Below are positions 62,368-64,000 of a stretch of DNA of 64,000 nucleotides, piece by piece. The DNA lies in IMG/VR virus record IMGVR_UViG_3300010883_027406, positions 1-64,000 of that record; one strand, given 5' to 3'. The DNA is from an uncultured virus (IMG/VR IMGVR_UViG_3300010883_027406). Lineage: Duplodnaviria > Heunggongvirae > Uroviricota > Caudoviricetes. Positions within the stretch are counted from its first letter, which is position 1. Each line of letters opens with the position of its first letter. Made by a program: the position numbers and the translations under genes. A model generated the notes under the pieces. It saw only the letters and a program-made list of their open reading frames with translations. It had not been told where the DNA came from and searched no databases.

Positions 62368-64000
62368 TGGCGCATATGAATTTAGGAGGCAGCGCCGTTG
62401 CTGTAATTGCCCGTCCTCATGGTAACTATGTTGGGATTGATGGAGTTGTTGTAGAAGGACAGGCGACAATAGTTTCGTCGGCACAATCGTACCAGGGCAC
62501 TGCGTCTCCGGTTATTTCTGGGGAATCCATCGTAGTATCCAGTTTTACTCCAAGATATTATTCTCCACGCCCAGCAACCACCACAGTTACTATAATTGAT
62601 AAGATTGAACTTGGCACTGGAGATAAGGTCACTTTACGATCAGCAAGTGCCCCAAGTATAGATATTGATTTTGCTGTAGATCTCGATACCTCAGCCACAT
62701 CCACAGTCACTATAACTGACTATGCCGAACTGAATGATGGAGATAAGGTCGCTTTACGATCAACAAGTGCTCCGAGCACAGACATTGATTTTGCTGTAGA
62801 TTCTGATGTTGCTGCAACCGCCACAGTCACAATAACCGATTATGCTGAACTTAATGCTGGAGACAAGGTGACTTTGCGAGCGACAAACGCTCCAAGCGTA
62901 GATATTGATTTTGATATTGCCTGGGGCACACATGCTGAGAGCTACATCGCTTCTGCGTTGGCAAATCTTATTAATGCAAATTCTAATTTCTCAGCTTCAG
63001 CAAATAATACGGTTGTAACAATCACGCAATCTATTGAAGGAGCAGCGGGGAACACTACGGTTGTTTTAACAGATAGTGGTAACTCTGGTATGTCTAAAAC
63101 GGACTTTACTGGTGGTGTTGACGGGGACTGGGATGTTGGTAGTTCAAACGCTGATGCCGCTGCTGCTTTAGCGATCTTTATTAATGCAAATTCTAATTTC
63201 TCAGCTTCAGCAAATAATGCGGTCGTAACAATCACACAATCTATTGGCAGCGTAGCGGGGAACACTACTGTTTCTTTGACAGACAGTGGTGACGCTGGTA
63301 TGTCTAAAACAGATTTTACTGGTGGTTCTGATGGAAGTTGGGATTTAGGTGCTTCAAATAATGAAGCTGCTTCTGCTTTGGCAATTTTTATTAATGCAAA
63401 CGCCAATTTTTCAGCGGCAGCAAATAATGCCGTTGTAACAATCACACAATCTACTAAAGGAACAGTGGGCAACACTACTGTTTCTTTGACAGATAGTGGT
63501 GACGTTGGTATGTCGAAAACAGATTTTAGTGGTGGTGTAGACAACCCAATTGAAGGAGGTATGGCACTAGGAGGGGTGTATGATGTGGTATCTACTGCAT
63601 ATTCTTTTTCTGGTTCGGGCGGCATTCAGTCTTCTGGGTCGCTTGATGAACATTGGACTGCCAATCCTCGCATTTTGCTTCGTATCATACCAAGTGGAGG
63701 AATTAGTCTTGGCGGCTTGGCCGGTGCTTTTATATCAAATTATGTTGGCCTTGTGCCACTAGAGTTGGGAGGCACTTCTCTTCCATTTAATTCAACTGTT
63801 TATTTATATGCGGGAGTTGGCGGACCCGTTATGTCGGGAGAAGTATACGTAGCCTCGCCATCATGGACATATTCCGCCACTGGCGGGATTTCTTTAGGGG
63901 GAGAGTATTATCCAAGGTTTAATGTTATAGGAAATGATGTTACTACATCTGTTGAATCTGCTTCTACATTTGTTAGTGACGCAACTGTGGGAACCGTTGA
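62367..64000 (+). CDS. large Gly/Thr/Ser-rich structural protein with nested repeats (3' truncated; absent from the ORF track)
   Basis: ATG 62367 overlaps the upstream TAA. Hand translation MAHMNLGGSAVAVIARP... stays open through the repeat region and appears to run off the window. Confidence 0.8.
   Translation, partial: MAHMNLGGSAVAVIARPHGNYVGIDGVVVEGQATIVSSAQSYQGTASPVISGESIVVSSFTPRYYSPRPATTTVTIIDKIELGTGDKVTLRSASAPSIDIDFAVDLDTSATSTVTITDYAELNDGDKVALRSTSAPSTDIDFAVDSDVAATATVTITDYAELNAGDKVTLRATNAPSVDIDFDIAWGTHAESYIASALANLINANSNFSASANNTVVTITQSIEGAAGNTTVVLTDSGNSGMSKTDFTGGVDGDWDVGSSNADAAAALAIFINANSNFSASANNAVVTITQSIGSVAGNTTVSLTDSGDAGMSKTDFTGGSDGSWDLGASNNEAASALAIFINANANFSAAANNAVVTITQSTKGTVGNTTVSLTDSGDVGMSKTDFSGGVDNPIEGGMALGGVYDVVSTAYSFSGSGGIQSSGSLDEHWTANPRILLRIIPSGGISLGGLAGAFISNYVGLVPLELGGTSLPFNSTVYLYAGVGGPVMSGEVYVASPSWTYSATGGISLGGEYYPRFNVIGNDVTTSVESASTFVSDATVGTV
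62574..62933 (+). repeat. three 120-nt (40 aa) repeats, type A
   Basis: AT.TVTI.D..EL..GDKV.LR...APS.DIDF at 62574, 62694 and 62814. Confidence 0.9.
62950..63542 (+). repeat. three 210-nt (70 aa) repeats, type B
   Basis: A.ALA..INAN.NFSA.ANN.VVTITQS..G..GNTTV.LTDSG..GMSKTDF.GG.D; ttaatgcaaa at 62971, 63181 and 63391. Confidence 0.9.

Noticed and set aside
62942-63625. 227-aa minus-strand ORF (and the similar 46966-47364 minus ORF)
   Set aside because: These are antisense shadows of the + strand repeat-domain genes; the + frame is translationally coupled and matches the paralogous domain.
1-64000. Stop-codon reassignment (TAG or TGA) as seen in some huge phages
   Set aside because: Well-known enzymes are full length in code 11 and end at expected positions on TAA, TGA (thyA, hldE) and TAG (spoVR, dCMP deaminase); coding density is already high.

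Overview
This 64 kb window is AT-rich, densely coded and mostly + strand. It reads as part of a very large (jumbo/huge) tailed phage genome rather than a cellular chromosome. T4-like replication and recombination genes (gp32-like SSB, RecA/UvsX, TnsA/gp4-like nuclease, dNMP kinase, ThyA, DHFR, dCMP deaminase, PhoH) are mixed with many short hypothetical ORFs and isolated host-type genes taken out of their operons. The host-type genes include tmRNA, ribosomal protein bS21, peptide deformylase, ClpP, GroES, DnaJ, a complete PrkA/YeaG-YeaH-SpoVR cluster, HldE and several glycosyltransferases, indoleamine 2,3-dioxygenase, an IpdC-like decarboxylase and an aldehyde dehydrogenase. The standard genetic code fits. 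Most notable observations: (1) a DnaE polymerase split into two intein-free genes 2.9 kb apart, with a degenerate duplicated palm segment; (2) a structural protein with a Russian-doll A-A-A-B-B-B nested domain arrangement, whose single-copy form is inserted in another gene; (3) an unannotated 29-aa, 11-Cys metallothionein-like peptide next to a ~57-Cys protein coupled to a C39 peptidase; (4) a possible tryptophan/auxin catabolic gene set; (5) a tag-unfold-degrade proteostasis set (tmRNA, ClpP, YeaG/YeaH/SpoVR); (6) two promoter motifs at fixed spacing from ATG, implying leaderless mRNAs; (7) a family of proteins and micro-peptides sharing a T4 capsid-targeting-like leader. All functional calls come from motif recognition by eye; no database searches were run.
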